From assembly GCA_003482855.1 (NCBI GenBank), contig DMXO01000004.1, forward strand, positions 141,464-205,463: DNA of 64,000 bases, read 5' to 3'. The notes under the pieces are model-generated. The model searched no databases and was not told where the DNA came from. It worked only from the letters and a program-made list of their open reading frames with translations. The stretch is from Candidatus Magasanikiibacteriota bacterium (GTDB lineage: Bacteria; Patescibacteriota; Patescibacteriia; Magasanikbacterales; UBA922). The translations under genes and the position numbers were made by a program. Within the stretch, counting starts at the first letter, position 1; each line of letters opens with the position of its first letter. Positions 1 through 9,532 of this stretch are shown here, one piece after another.

Positions 1-2
1 TT

Positions 3-1088
3 GTGAAACAACTGCAAACAAAAATGAAAAAGACAAAAGTCGGTGAGATAGCGAGTGTTTCTGGGAGATATTATGCTATGGATAGAGACAACAGGTGGGA
101 TCGTGTAGAAAAAGCCTACAATACAATAGCACACGGACAATCCGCTGAATATTTCAAAGACCCTATTGATGCGATAGAGGCGTCATATAAGAAGGAAGTC
201 TATGACGAAGAATTTGTACCTGTTGTTATAGGCAAAGAAGGTAAGCCAACTGCCGTGGTCGAATCTGGAGATGCAGTGATATTTTTTAATTTTCGTCCAG
301 ATCGCGCGCGTCAATTGACCAAGGCTTTTGTATTGCCAGGATTTAGTAAATTCGAACGTGAGTATATCAAAGATTTATTTTTTGTTACCATGACGGAATA
401 TGAAAAAGAAATACCAGTGACGGTAGCATATCCACCCATGGTAGTTTACAATTGTCTTGCAGAAGTATTGAGTAAAGCAAAATTGAAACAATATCACATA
501 GCTGAAACAGAGAAATATGCTCATATTACTTTTTTCCTTAATGGCACAGTAGAGGATCCTTTTGAGGGTGAAGACAGAATGATTATTCCATCTCCCAAGG
601 TATCATCATATGACCAAGCCCCAGAGATGTCGGCCTCATCAATTGCCAAGGAAATAATCAAAGTGATTGACGCAGATAAGTATGATGTCATTATACTCAA
701 TTTTGCCAACGCAGATATGGTAGGCCATACGGGTGATCTCAAAGCAACGATAAAGGCGTGTGAAGTGATAGACAAACATTTGGGCAAGATCGCAGAATAT
801 ATATTGGCGAAAGATGGTGTACTACTTGTCACAGCTGACCATGGCAATGCAGAAGAAGTGACCAATTTGCAAACAGGGAAAATGGACAAAGAGCACAGTA
901 CCAATCCTGTACCTTTTCTTATTATCGCTCATACATACAAAGGACAGGCAGGTCCTACGGGAGATCCTCCTGACGGAGATTTGAGTCTTATGCATCCGGT
1001 TGGCGTATTGGCAGATGTCGCGCCAACTATGCTCAAAATTTTGGGAGTAGAAAAACCGAAAGAGATGACAGGAAGAGCGCTTATATAA
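3..1088 (+). CDS. gpmI: 2,3-bisphosphoglycerate-independent phosphoglycerate mutase (5'-truncated by window edge)
   Basis: Motifs GRYYAMDRDNRWDR, FNFRPDRARQ, AETEKYAHITFF, NFANADMVGHTG, TADHGNAE. Confidence 0.97.
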   Translation: MKQLQTKMKKTKVGEIASVSGRYYAMDRDNRWDRVEKAYNTIAHGQSAEYFKDPIDAIEASYKKEVYDEEFVPVVIGKEGKPTAVVESGDAVIFFNFRPDRARQLTKAFVLPGFSKFEREYIKDLFFVTMTEYEKEIPVTVAYPPMVVYNCLAEVLSKAKLKQYHIAETEKYAHITFFLNGTVEDPFEGEDRMIIPSPKVSSYDQAPEMSASSIAKEIIKVIDADKYDVIILNFANADMVGHTGDLKATIKACEVIDKHLGKIAEYILAKDGVLLVTADHGNAEEVTNLQTGKMDKEHSTNPVPFLIIAHTYKGQAGPTGDPPDGDLSLMHPVGVLADVAPTMLKILGVEKPKEMTGRALI

Positions 1089-1099
1089 ATTTCGAAATT

Positions 1100-1151
1100 A
1101 AAAAACTCCCGAACTATTGCAGATTTTTGTTCTGTAAATCGGGAGTTTTTT
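1100..1151. terminator. Bidirectional intrinsic terminator between convergent gpmI and DHH gene
   Basis: AAAAAACTCCCGA...TCGGGAGTTTTTT inverted repeat with A/T tails on both sides. Confidence 0.75.
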
Positions 1152-1162
1152 GTTTTATTATT

Positions 1163-2305
1163 TTATTTTCTTATCTCACTTTTTATGTGTGCTACTATTT
1201 CTTCCTCTACATCTTTTAGGTTTTTTCCAGTAATTTTGAATGTTGCTTCATCTTCATCTCCCTGTGCCTGATATTTACTCATGATCTGTGTTGCGTGATG
1301 CGCAGGCAGGATACGCAGTGTACCGTGTATGTCGTTTGGATTATCTGGATTTTCGTGGAGTAACAGGATAAATTGAGCATCAGGCGCTGATGTGATGAGT
1401 TCGTCCACAATCGTGTTTAGGTCTTCTGCTTTTGCACCCGCGCGTATGAAGTCTTCACGTGTGAGTGTGGTCCACACAATGTTGTGTTCTTTGTCATGTT
1501 CTATATTTGAGAGCGCAGTACCCCACAGTTTGAATGTGGCAATTGTCTTTGTTTGATATAGATTTTTGATGACAAAGGATCTGTCGGCTCCGAGGTCGAC
1601 TAGTTTGCCCGCTACGTTTAGAGTTTGTGGACGTACCTTTTTTTTCTTGAAGCTATTGGTTCCTGAGATGATGCCGGCAAGTAGGGCGTTTGCTACATGT
1701 CTATTTATGTATTCTCCTTTTATTTCATGGAGGAGATTATATACGATTTCAGAGCTTGAACTTGCGGGCAAATCTATCGCATTGATTGCGCCGTAATGTT
1801 CATTAATACTTTTGTGGTCAATATTTATGATTGGGGTAGCATAAAAGAAATCCTCATGATTGGTATATACATTGCCAAGAGATGCCAGGTCTGGAGTATC
1901 TACCGTGATGATGAGGTCATATTTGAACTCTGTTTGGCTGGTTTTCACGTGTGTAGGTGTGAGGTATCCTTCTTGTGGTGTGATGAAGATGCGTAGTTTG
2001 TTTTCTTTGGTATCATAACTTAGTTCAGAGAGTCCTGTCTTTTCAATATCAAGTGTAATTATGAATTGGTGTAGATCTCCTATTTTATTTTTTATGTCCT
2101 TGCTTCGTTTTAGGAATGCGTATTGTATTGGCAATGCAAAATCATCACACACGATATCGACGCGTTTGTTCATTTGTTCGAGGAAGAGTTTGAGCGCGAT
2201 CGCACTGCCTATAGCATCTCCATCGAGATGCTTTTTGAAGGCAATGAGAATATTTTTTTTCTCTTCCAATAGCTTGTTGATCTGTTCTATCTGATTTAGT
2301 GCCAT
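1163..2305 (-). CDS. DHH-family phosphoesterase (NrnA-like) with degenerate motifs
   Basis: HLDGDAIGS, ITVDT, INIDHK (DHH to DHK), SSSEIV, and ISGTNSF in place of DTGxF. Confidence 0.8.
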   Translation of the reverse strand: MALNQIEQINKLLEEKKNILIAFKKHLDGDAIGSAIALKLFLEQMNKRVDIVCDDFALPIQYAFLKRSKDIKNKIGDLHQFIITLDIEKTGLSELSYDTKENKLRIFITPQEGYLTPTHVKTSQTEFKYDLIITVDTPDLASLGNVYTNHEDFFYATPIINIDHKSINEHYGAINAIDLPASSSSEIVYNLLHEIKGEYINRHVANALLAGIISGTNSFKKKKVRPQTLNVAGKLVDLGADRSFVIKNLYQTKTIATFKLWGTALSNIEHDKEHNIVWTTLTREDFIRAGAKAEDLNTIVDELITSAPDAQFILLLHENPDNPNDIHGTLRILPAHHATQIMSKYQAQGDEDEATFKITGKNLKDVEEEIVAHIKSEIRK

Positions 2306-2354
2306 ATAATAAATGTGTCACCGATATGGTAAGGTGACAAGCATGGAATAAAAG

Positions 2355-2383
2355 AGTATACCAGAAGGTTAAATTTGTGTCAA
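2355..2383 (-). promoter_or_regulatory. sigma70-type promoter of DHH gene
   Basis: TTGACA-17 bp-TATACT with extended -10 TG on the minus strand. Confidence 0.7.
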
Positions 2384-2581
2384 CCCCTTTTTAGGCCCAT
2401 TTTGTGTGTAAAATAAGGCATTTTTTCCAGTTTGTTCATGGCGATTTTATAGTCTTTTAATATATAGATATAGAGCCAATAGAGGCAAATAGTTGTGTAT
2501 GTTGATAAAAATTGTCATTTTATGGCTAAAATAAGGGTTTTTCTTGCCAATTTTTGTATTTTCATGTAACCTATATTGTAT

Positions 2582-5287
2582 ATGCAAAAAGAATTACCAA
2601 AGGCTTACGAGCCACAACAATACGAAGACGCAATTTACAAACGCTGGGAAGATTCAGGTCTATTTAACCCAGATGTTTGTATTGAAAAAGGTGTAACTGA
2701 TAAAAAGGCGGATTATTTTTCTATTGTTCTTCCTCCTCCAAATGTTACTGGTACATTACATATTGGTCATGCGAGCATGCTTGCGATTCAGGATCTCATG
2801 ATACGCTATCATCGTATGAAAGGTGAAAGGACCCTATGGGTTCCAGGTACCGACCACGCAGCTGTCGCCACAGAATCAAAAGTAGAAAAACTTCTTATTG
2901 CAGATGAGGGTTTCAAAAAACCAAAAGAAGAATTAGGCAAGGAAAAATTTTTGGAGAGAGTAAAAGAATATGCCCAAAATTCTCATGATACGATTGTAAA
3001 CCAAAGTAAAAAAATGGGTTCAAGTTTGGATTGGAGTAGAGAGGCATACACGTTGGATGAACAAAGAAATTTGGCCGTACGGACCGTATTTAAAAAAATG
3101 TATGATGACGGATTGATTTATCGTGGGTATAGAGTTGTAAATTGGTCAGTAAAAGGCCAATCCACATGCAGTGACGACGAACTGGTCCATGTAGAAAGGC
3201 AAGGGAAAATATATACATTTAAATATTCACAAGACTTTCCTATCACGATTGCCACCACACGTCCGGAAACAAAATTGGGAGATACTGCTGTAGCGGTTCA
3301 TCCAGATGATACGCGATATCAGAAATTTATCGGGCAAACTTTTGATGTGCATAATTTTGCTGATTCAGGAGTAGATTTGAAAATAAAAATTATTGCCAAT
3401 GAGCATGTGGATATGGCATACGGTACGGGTGCAGTTGGTGTTACACCCGCGCACAGTTCTGTTGACTTTGATATGTATACGGCTCAAAAAACAAAAGGCG
3501 ATGAAATAGATCTCATACACGTAATTGGGCAGGATGGCAACATGACGTCAGCGGCTGGGACGTATGAAGGACTTACGACAGTTGAAGCACGAGAAAAAGT
3601 TGTAGAAGCTTTGAAAAAACATGATTTATTTGTGGGCGAAGAAGAAACCATTCAAAATGTCGGAACATCAGATCGTTTTGGAGATGTGGTAGAATCTATC
3701 CCGATGACGCAGTGGTTTATCAATGTAAATAAAGAGTTCCAGATGGGAGAGAGTAAGTTAAAAAATATTAAAAAAGGACAAACTGTTACATTGAAAAAAT
3801 TAATGCAAGAAGTTGTTCATTCTGGTGAAATAAAAATAATTCCTGAGAGATTTGAAAAAATATATTTTCATTGGATAGATAATTTGCGTGACTGGTGTAT
3901 AAGTCGCCAGATTTGGTATGGACATCAAATCCCTGTTTGGTACAAAAATGAAGAAAATTACTGCGGTATACATCCTCCTGAGGGGGAAGGATGGCAACAA
4001 GATCCCGACACACTCGACACTTGGTTTAGTTCAGGGTTGTGGACGTTTAGTACGCTTGGATATCCAGATTTGAATGCAGAAGATTTGAAGAATTTTCATC
4101 CAACTTCAGTCATGGAAACTGGTTATGATATTATTTTCTTTTGGGTTGCGCGCATGATTCTCATGACAACATATACCCTTGGCGATATTCCATTTAAAAC
4201 AGTGTATCTTCATGGCATGGTACGTGACGAACAGGGAAGGAAGATGAGCAAGAGTTTAGGTAATGTTATTGATCCTCTTGATACCATAAAATCGTATGGC
4301 GCAGATGCAACACGCTTGTCTTTGCTTATTGGCAACGCACCGGGGAATGATTTGAAATTGAGCGAAGAAAAAGTAGCTGGGTTTAGAAATTTTACGAATA
4401 AGCTGTGGAATATCTCCCGATTTATTATTGGTAAGATACAAGAAGACACAGGTTACAAGATACAAATAAATATTCAGAAACCAACCCCAAAAACATTAGC
4501 TGACGAATGGATTTTGGGCACGTTGAATTCCACTTTATATTTAACATCTGGTTCTATAGAGGAATTTCAATTTTCAGGAGCAGGTGATATATTAAGAACT
4601 TTTACTTGGGATCAATTAGCGGATTGGTATTTAGAAATTGCTAAAATTGAAGGAAACAAATCAGAAATTTTAAATTATATTTTAAATGGATTATTAAAAG
4701 CTTGGCATCCATTTATGCCTTTTGTCACTGAAGAAATATGGAAAGGAATACATGGTGATAATAGTTTGTTGATGGTGCAAAAATGGCCAGAATTTTTTGA
4801 AAGGACAAAAAATGACGAAAAAGTATTTGTTCAATTTAATTTAGTTAGAGATATCGTATCTGTTATTCGATTTTTGCGTTCAGAAAATAAGATTGAACCA
4901 ATTAAAAAAATAAATGTACTTGTTAGTGCAGGAGATAAAATAGATTTATTAAAAAATAATGCATCAATAATAAAGGGGCTAGCAAGGTTAGATAAATTGG
5001 TAATTCAAGAGAAGGTCGAAAAGCCCAAGACAGGAGTTGGATTTGTAGTTTCTAGTATAGAAGGTTTTATAGATTTGGAAGGCGTTGCTGACGTCGTAAA
5101 AGAAAAAGAACGCCTCACAAAAGAAATTACGCAATTAAAAGGATATGTCATAGGACTAGAAAAGAAACTTTCAAATAAAGAGTTTGTAGATAATGCTCCC
5201 AAAGCAGTGGTAGAAAAAGAAAAACGAAAATTAGAAGAGGGGACTGAAAAGTTAAAAAAGTTGGAGCAACAATTACAATCACTGTAA
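2582..5287 (+). CDS. valS: Valine--tRNA ligase
   Basis: PPPNVTGTLHIGH, GTDHA, ATTRPET, DWCISRQIWYGH, DTWFSS, KMSKS, C-terminal coiled-coil arm (FVDNAP). Confidence 0.98.
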   Translation: MQKELPKAYEPQQYEDAIYKRWEDSGLFNPDVCIEKGVTDKKADYFSIVLPPPNVTGTLHIGHASMLAIQDLMIRYHRMKGERTLWVPGTDHAAVATESKVEKLLIADEGFKKPKEELGKEKFLERVKEYAQNSHDTIVNQSKKMGSSLDWSREAYTLDEQRNLAVRTVFKKMYDDGLIYRGYRVVNWSVKGQSTCSDDELVHVERQGKIYTFKYSQDFPITIATTRPETKLGDTAVAVHPDDTRYQKFIGQTFDVHNFADSGVDLKIKIIANEHVDMAYGTGAVGVTPAHSSVDFDMYTAQKTKGDEIDLIHVIGQDGNMTSAAGTYEGLTTVEAREKVVEALKKHDLFVGEEETIQNVGTSDRFGDVVESIPMTQWFINVNKEFQMGESKLKNIKKGQTVTLKKLMQEVVHSGEIKIIPERFEKIYFHWIDNLRDWCISRQIWYGHQIPVWYKNEENYCGIHPPEGEGWQQDPDTLDTWFSSGLWTFSTLGYPDLNAEDLKNFHPTSVMETGYDIIFFWVARMILMTTYTLGDIPFKTVYLHGMVRDEQGRKMSKSLGNVIDPLDTIKSYGADATRLSLLIGNAPGNDLKLSEEKVAGFRNFTNKLWNISRFIIGKIQEDTGYKIQINIQKPTPKTLADEWILGTLNSTLYLTSGSIEEFQFSGAGDILRTFTWDQLADWYLEIAKIEGNKSEILNYILNGLLKAWHPFMPFVTEEIWKGIHGDNSLLMVQKWPEFFERTKNDEKVFVQFNLVRDIVSVIRFLRSENKIEPIKKINVLVSAGDKIDLLKNNASIIKGLARLDKLVIQEKVEKPKTGVGFVVSSIEGFIDLEGVADVVKEKERLTKEITQLKGYVIGLEKKLSNKEFVDNAPKAVVEKEKRKLEEGTEKLKKLEQQLQSL

Positions 5288-5288
5288 T

Positions 5289-5315
5289 AAAAAAATCCCC
5301 GGATGGGGATTTTTT
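5289..5315. terminator. Bidirectional terminator after valS
   Basis: AAAAAATCCCC-GGAT-GGGGATTTTTT. Confidence 0.8.
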
Positions 5316-5327
5316 ACTAGTATATTT

Positions 5328-6458
5328 TTATGCTGCGCGAGCGAAGCCGAAGTCCTGTGCCAATTGTTCAAATGTCATTTTTTCACGTTTTGCGAATCGT
5401 TTTTCGCAGAGTCGTGCTGACTCGTCATTTTTATTAAATACTTTTTTTAATATGTGGGCTACTTCTGGTGGTAAGTGAGAGCTGTCTGACGGAATTTGTG
5501 TGTCATCTTTTGTAGTAAATCCCTGCTCAAACACTTGTTTGCGTCCATCTGCCCATGCAATTTGACTTTTGGTCCATGAGATGACTTGTTTTATAACCAC
5601 TTGTTTTGCTTCATCTGATATGTCTTCCCCTTTTTTATATTGCGCAAAGGCCATTAATACAAAAGGGAATTGCTCAAGCAAAAATTCATCACCTTCCCAC
5701 ATAAATACTTCAGGCTCTGTGGCAGCGCCTCCTACGTCTGCAAACGCAATTAAGTTTGCTTGCCATGGTTCATCCCCTATGTGTTGGTATACAGTTCCTG
5801 GCCCAAATCCTTTTTGGTTTATGGTACGTTCATGTGCCGCGGTGATGAGCCTTTTGTAATGATCTTTTCCTTCAAACAGACCCCCCATAGCATTGATAGC
5901 AGCTTCGGGACTTTCTGTTTCGTTGTGCTCCACTATTGGGGCGGGCGGGTCGATGTCTTCGGTAGGGTAAGGAGGATACAGACGCACATTTTCTTCTACG
6001 CCGTGATCTTTTTTCCTACAGATAAATGATTCTTGTACGATGTCATGAGTCGCAGCAGCATATTCAAGTACAGCTGCCATTTCATCATCTATATAATATT
6101 CACTTTCAGATCCCAAAGAATTGTTTATTGCTTCTATCATGTTTCGCACGCGTCTCACATTTGCTTCTGAGTGTTCTTTTTGGTGATAAGGAAGTTTATT
6201 AATATCTGCAGCAAATGCATCGAACGTGCCAGCGGGGTATTGTGCTTCTACTTGTTCGCCATCGACATCTATCATTGGGTGTGGTGTTTCTGAAGTGTTG
6301 CGTGTTCCAAATGTTTCACCTAGATGTTCAAGTACTTCACGGGTTCGTTGTCTCAATGCCCGCGCTAATTCTGTTTCTTGTCTTTTTTCACGTTGTATAT
6401 CTGGCGGGGTTGATATTTTAGAAGGCTCTGGAGGTTGATATCGTGGAGGTTGTTCCAT
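5328..6458 (-). CDS. HD-superfamily (PDEase-like) metal-dependent phosphohydrolase, hypothetical
   Basis: LPYHQKEH...AATHD...HNETES...IAFAD spacing matches HD/class I PDE metal ligands; Pro/Gln-rich N-terminus. Confidence 0.55.
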   Translation of the reverse strand: MEQPPRYQPPEPSKISTPPDIQREKRQETELARALRQRTREVLEHLGETFGTRNTSETPHPMIDVDGEQVEAQYPAGTFDAFAADINKLPYHQKEHSEANVRRVRNMIEAINNSLGSESEYYIDDEMAAVLEYAAATHDIVQESFICRKKDHGVEENVRLYPPYPTEDIDPPAPIVEHNETESPEAAINAMGGLFEGKDHYKRLITAAHERTINQKGFGPGTVYQHIGDEPWQANLIAFADVGGAATEPEVFMWEGDEFLLEQFPFVLMAFAQYKKGEDISDEAKQVVIKQVISWTKSQIAWADGRKQVFEQGFTTKDDTQIPSDSSHLPPEVAHILKKVFNKNDESARLCEKRFAKREKMTFEQLAQDFGFARAA

Positions 6459-6590
6459 ATATTCATATATAAAATAAATAGTATTATACTGTACAGTTTT
6501 TCATGTATATTTGTCAATAAAAAAATATCTTTTTCAAGATATAAAAATGGGGTTGGTCGGGGGCGGTAGAGCTCTCGACCTCCCCCGATG

Positions 6591-6773
6591 TCAGGCAGCG
6601 CGCTGCCGAGTTGCATTCGCCACGTGGGTGGCGAATGCCTGGGGGGTGGCGGTCCCTTGCCGGACTGGCGTTGGGGTGGGTAGCACGAGACTACCCTTAT
6701 GCACCGGTCTCTCGACCGCCGTCTTGCCTCCCATGTTCGGAGCGGCCGCCGTCTTGGTGGTTTGATCCACCAT
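6591..6773 (-). CDS. GC-rich 60-aa orphan peptide (or structured RNA)
   Basis: ATG at 6773 preceded by AAAGGAGGT; upstream TTGACA/TGnTATGAT promoter; downstream GC hairpin and T-run. Confidence 0.45.
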   Translation of the reverse strand: MVDQTTKTAAAPNMGGKTAVERPVHKGSLVLPTPTPVRQGTATPQAFATHVANATRQRAA

Positions 6774-6817
6774 GGCGCGACCTCCTTTCCCCACGCGGGG
6801 AATGGTTGTACGCCGGT

Positions 6818-6845
6818 ATCATACCAGTTTTATATATTTTGTCAA
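6818..6845 (-). promoter_or_regulatory. sigma70-type promoter driving GC-rich mini-island 1
   Basis: TTGACA (6845-6840)-16 bp-TATGAT (6823-6818) with extended -10 TG. Confidence 0.6.
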
Positions 6846-6954
6846 TGGCAAAATCTTGAATATTTAGACAAATATTGATATTATAGCTATATAGTTATTC
6901 ACAAAATGTGAATAATTTATGTGATTTGTTTTTATCTAGTTTAATTTTAAATAT

Positions 6955-7440
6955 ATGCGTTCTCTCATTATATGCTTTGCTCTATTGTTGTTTATGGCCG
7001 GAGCTGGGTGTGCACCTATTGCGAAAGACAATAATCTTACGTCAGTCTCTATGAAAGACACCTACGCAACACTCAATTTAGAGACCCCTGTTCAATTTGA
7101 GGAAACAGTAGAGTCACAGGATGCTGTATTTTATATGGGGCAAGGCTGGACTGGCGGTATGGGTAGTTTTCCTATCCTTGAAGATCCTGGTGACGCAAAA
7201 CGCATGGATGATCTTGTTATTTTTGTAGATGATGAACAAGCACAAGATATTATTGACAATGCTAATCTCCCCGAATGTTATGTTGGTATGTCATTTATCA
7301 AAGTTGCTGCCAAAATTCATCTTGAAAAGAAGATAGGCACCAATTTTTCTATAGAGGAAGCGCCTGAACAGAGTTATTATCAGGCATATATTGATGAATT
7401 ATATAACGTATTTGTCCAAGTAGAGCCATGTGAAGAATAA
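6955..7440 (+). CDS. Putative lipoprotein
   Basis: Signal peptide MRSLIICFALLLFMAGAG-C (lipobox-like); acidic mature region. Confidence 0.65.
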   Translation: MRSLIICFALLLFMAGAGCAPIAKDNNLTSVSMKDTYATLNLETPVQFEETVESQDAVFYMGQGWTGGMGSFPILEDPGDAKRMDDLVIFVDDEQAQDIIDNANLPECYVGMSFIKVAAKIHLEKKIGTNFSIEEAPEQSYYQAYIDELYNVFVQVEPCEE

Positions 7441-7441
7441 T

Positions 7442-7798
7442 ATGCAACTTGATCCACGACAATTGACTCCAGAGCAAAAAGAAATGCTTTTGAAAGATGA
7501 CAATCAAAATGACGTACCCGATATGTTGGAGCAAGGCATGTCTCTTGAAGATATAGGTATTTCAACGGGCCAGCCGTATGATCCGTCCAAGAGTGGAGCT
7601 CGACGCACACAGGCAAAAATTTTGAGTAAATTTGTAAAAGTGAGTATGTTGAAGCGATTGTTTGCCATGGGCGAGAATCCTGAACAATCACAAGAGTTTG
7701 CCAAAGAGACCACGAATGTCATGTTGCGCACATGCTTACCAATATTTTTGTTGATTGATGCTATTATCATCGCGATAATTTTATATTTTGTTTTTTAA
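7442..7798 (+). CDS. Small hypothetical protein with C-terminal TM anchor
   Basis: Coupled between the lipoprotein gene and tyrS; hydrophobic C-terminus; DDNQNDVPD Ca-binding-like motif. Confidence 0.6.
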   Translation: MQLDPRQLTPEQKEMLLKDDNQNDVPDMLEQGMSLEDIGISTGQPYDPSKSGARRTQAKILSKFVKVSMLKRLFAMGENPEQSQEFAKETTNVMLRTCLPIFLLIDAIIIAIILYFVF

Positions 7799-7808
7799 TA
7801 ATCTGTAT

Positions 7809-9011
7809 ATGGTAGTATCTACTGACTCACAAAAAATTGAAGAAGTGCTCTCAAGATCTATTGATACGATATACCCTTCAAAAGAAGAATTTCAGAAGTT
7901 ACTTGAGTCTGGCAAACAATTAAAAATTTATGTAGGCATTGATCCTACTGCTACGTATGTTCATCTGGGACATGCGACTAATTACATTATTTTGAAACGT
8001 CTCCACACACTTGGCCACAAGATTATCGTTCTTGTTGGAGATTTCACTGCAAAGATAGGTGACCCAAGTGACAAGAGTGCTGCGCGTAGACGACTCACTG
8101 ATGAAGATGTACAAGAAAATTTGAAAACATTCAAAGCACAGATTGGGAAAATTTTGGATTTTGATGATACCAAAAATCCAATTGAGTTTAAATTCAACTC
8201 AGAGTGGCTTTCAAAACTAAATTTTGAAGATGTGTGCGATCTCGCATCACATTTTACAGTTCAGCGTATGCTTGAGCGTGATAATTTTGAAAAAAGAATA
8301 AAGGAAAATAAACCTTTGTATGTGCATGAGTTTTTTTATCCGCTTATGCAGGGATATGATTCAGTTGCTATGGATGTAGATGTAGAGCTCGGTGGCACAG
8401 ACCAGACATTCAATATGCTGGCTGGACGTACGCTTCTCAAAGATTACAAAAATAAAGAAAAAATAGTTGTTACTACGACTTTGCTTGAAAATCCGGTAAC
8501 CGGTGAAAAACTCATGAGTAAGAGTCTGGGTACTGGTATTGGTCTTGATGAAAGTCCCATAGATATGTTTGGCAAGACTATGCGTTTGCCTGATGAAGCT
8601 ATTATCCAAGTATTTATTGATTGTACCTACAAGAGCATGGGTGAGATAGAAAAAATGAAACAAGAATTGGCATTTGGTGCAAATCCGCGTGACCTCAAAA
8701 TGCGCCTTGCACATGAGATAGTGAAGACATACCATGGTGAAGAGGAGGCGCAGAAAGCTGAAGAATATTTTATCAATACATTCAAGAATAAAGAGACTCC
8801 CGATGATATAAAAGAATTGAAACCAAATTCTTATAATATTGTCTCTGTCTTGGTCGAGGCCGGTTTTGCTGTGAGCACATCAGAGGCTCGTCGTGCGATA
8901 AGTCAGGGTGGCGTCAAACTGAATGATGAAAAAGTAGAATCAATTGATGTGAACACAAAAAAGGGTGATGTGGTACAAAAAGGCAAGAGATTTTTTGTGA
9001 AGATTATATAA
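7809..9011 (+). CDS. tyrS: Tyrosine--tRNA ligase
   Basis: YVGIDPTA..HLGH, YPLMQGYD, GGTDQTFN, LMSKS, C-terminal S4-like domain. Confidence 0.97.
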   Translation: MVVSTDSQKIEEVLSRSIDTIYPSKEEFQKLLESGKQLKIYVGIDPTATYVHLGHATNYIILKRLHTLGHKIIVLVGDFTAKIGDPSDKSAARRRLTDEDVQENLKTFKAQIGKILDFDDTKNPIEFKFNSEWLSKLNFEDVCDLASHFTVQRMLERDNFEKRIKENKPLYVHEFFYPLMQGYDSVAMDVDVELGGTDQTFNMLAGRTLLKDYKNKEKIVVTTTLLENPVTGEKLMSKSLGTGIGLDESPIDMFGKTMRLPDEAIIQVFIDCTYKSMGEIEKMKQELAFGANPRDLKMRLAHEIVKTYHGEEEAQKAEEYFINTFKNKETPDDIKELKPNSYNIVSVLVEAGFAVSTSEARRAISQGGVKLNDEKVESIDVNTKKGDVVQKGKRFFVKII

Positions 9012-9012
9012 T

Positions 9013-9531
9013 ATGGAATTTGATATTTCAGTGGATAAGAAAACGACGCAAGTCTTGACCCGTGGCTTATTTTTCCTCGTACTGGCTATCTTGGCTGTAT
9101 GTATTGTTTTTGCCAAAGTAACACATATTCTTTGGCTCAATGAAGCTCTTGATCGTATCGGGGAATATATATTTACTATTTTTTTGTTTGTGTATTTGAT
9201 TGGATCAGGATTTTTTGGCAAAGCACGCCTGTCATTTGATGGAGATACTATGGTATTGACGGGAATAGTGCCATTTCCTCGGTTGAGGATTTTTTTTTCC
9301 GATATAGAGCGTGTATGGGTAGGAAATTCTTCTTTGTCTGCCGGTGGTTCTCTTATATCTATCATCCCCAAAGGATCTATGCCACATGATATGTCAAACA
9401 AGAAAACGATTTTTATCAAATATAAAAAGAGAAATGATCCACTTCAGATAAAAGGCCGTGGACAAGGGGTTACAGATTCTATTGTAAGTTTCGTAACATC
9501 TTATGGTATACATGTAGAAGAAAAGAAATAG
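9013..9531 (+). CDS. Hypothetical membrane protein (2 TM plus soluble domain)
   Basis: Tightly coupled between tyrS and argS; two hydrophobic helices. Confidence 0.65.
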   Translation: MEFDISVDKKTTQVLTRGLFFLVLAILAVCIVFAKVTHILWLNEALDRIGEYIFTIFLFVYLIGSGFFGKARLSFDGDTMVLTGIVPFPRLRIFFSDIERVWVGNSSLSAGGSLISIIPKGSMPHDMSNKKTIFIKYKKRNDPLQIKGRGQGVTDSIVSFVTSYGIHVEEKK

Positions 9532-9532
9532 T

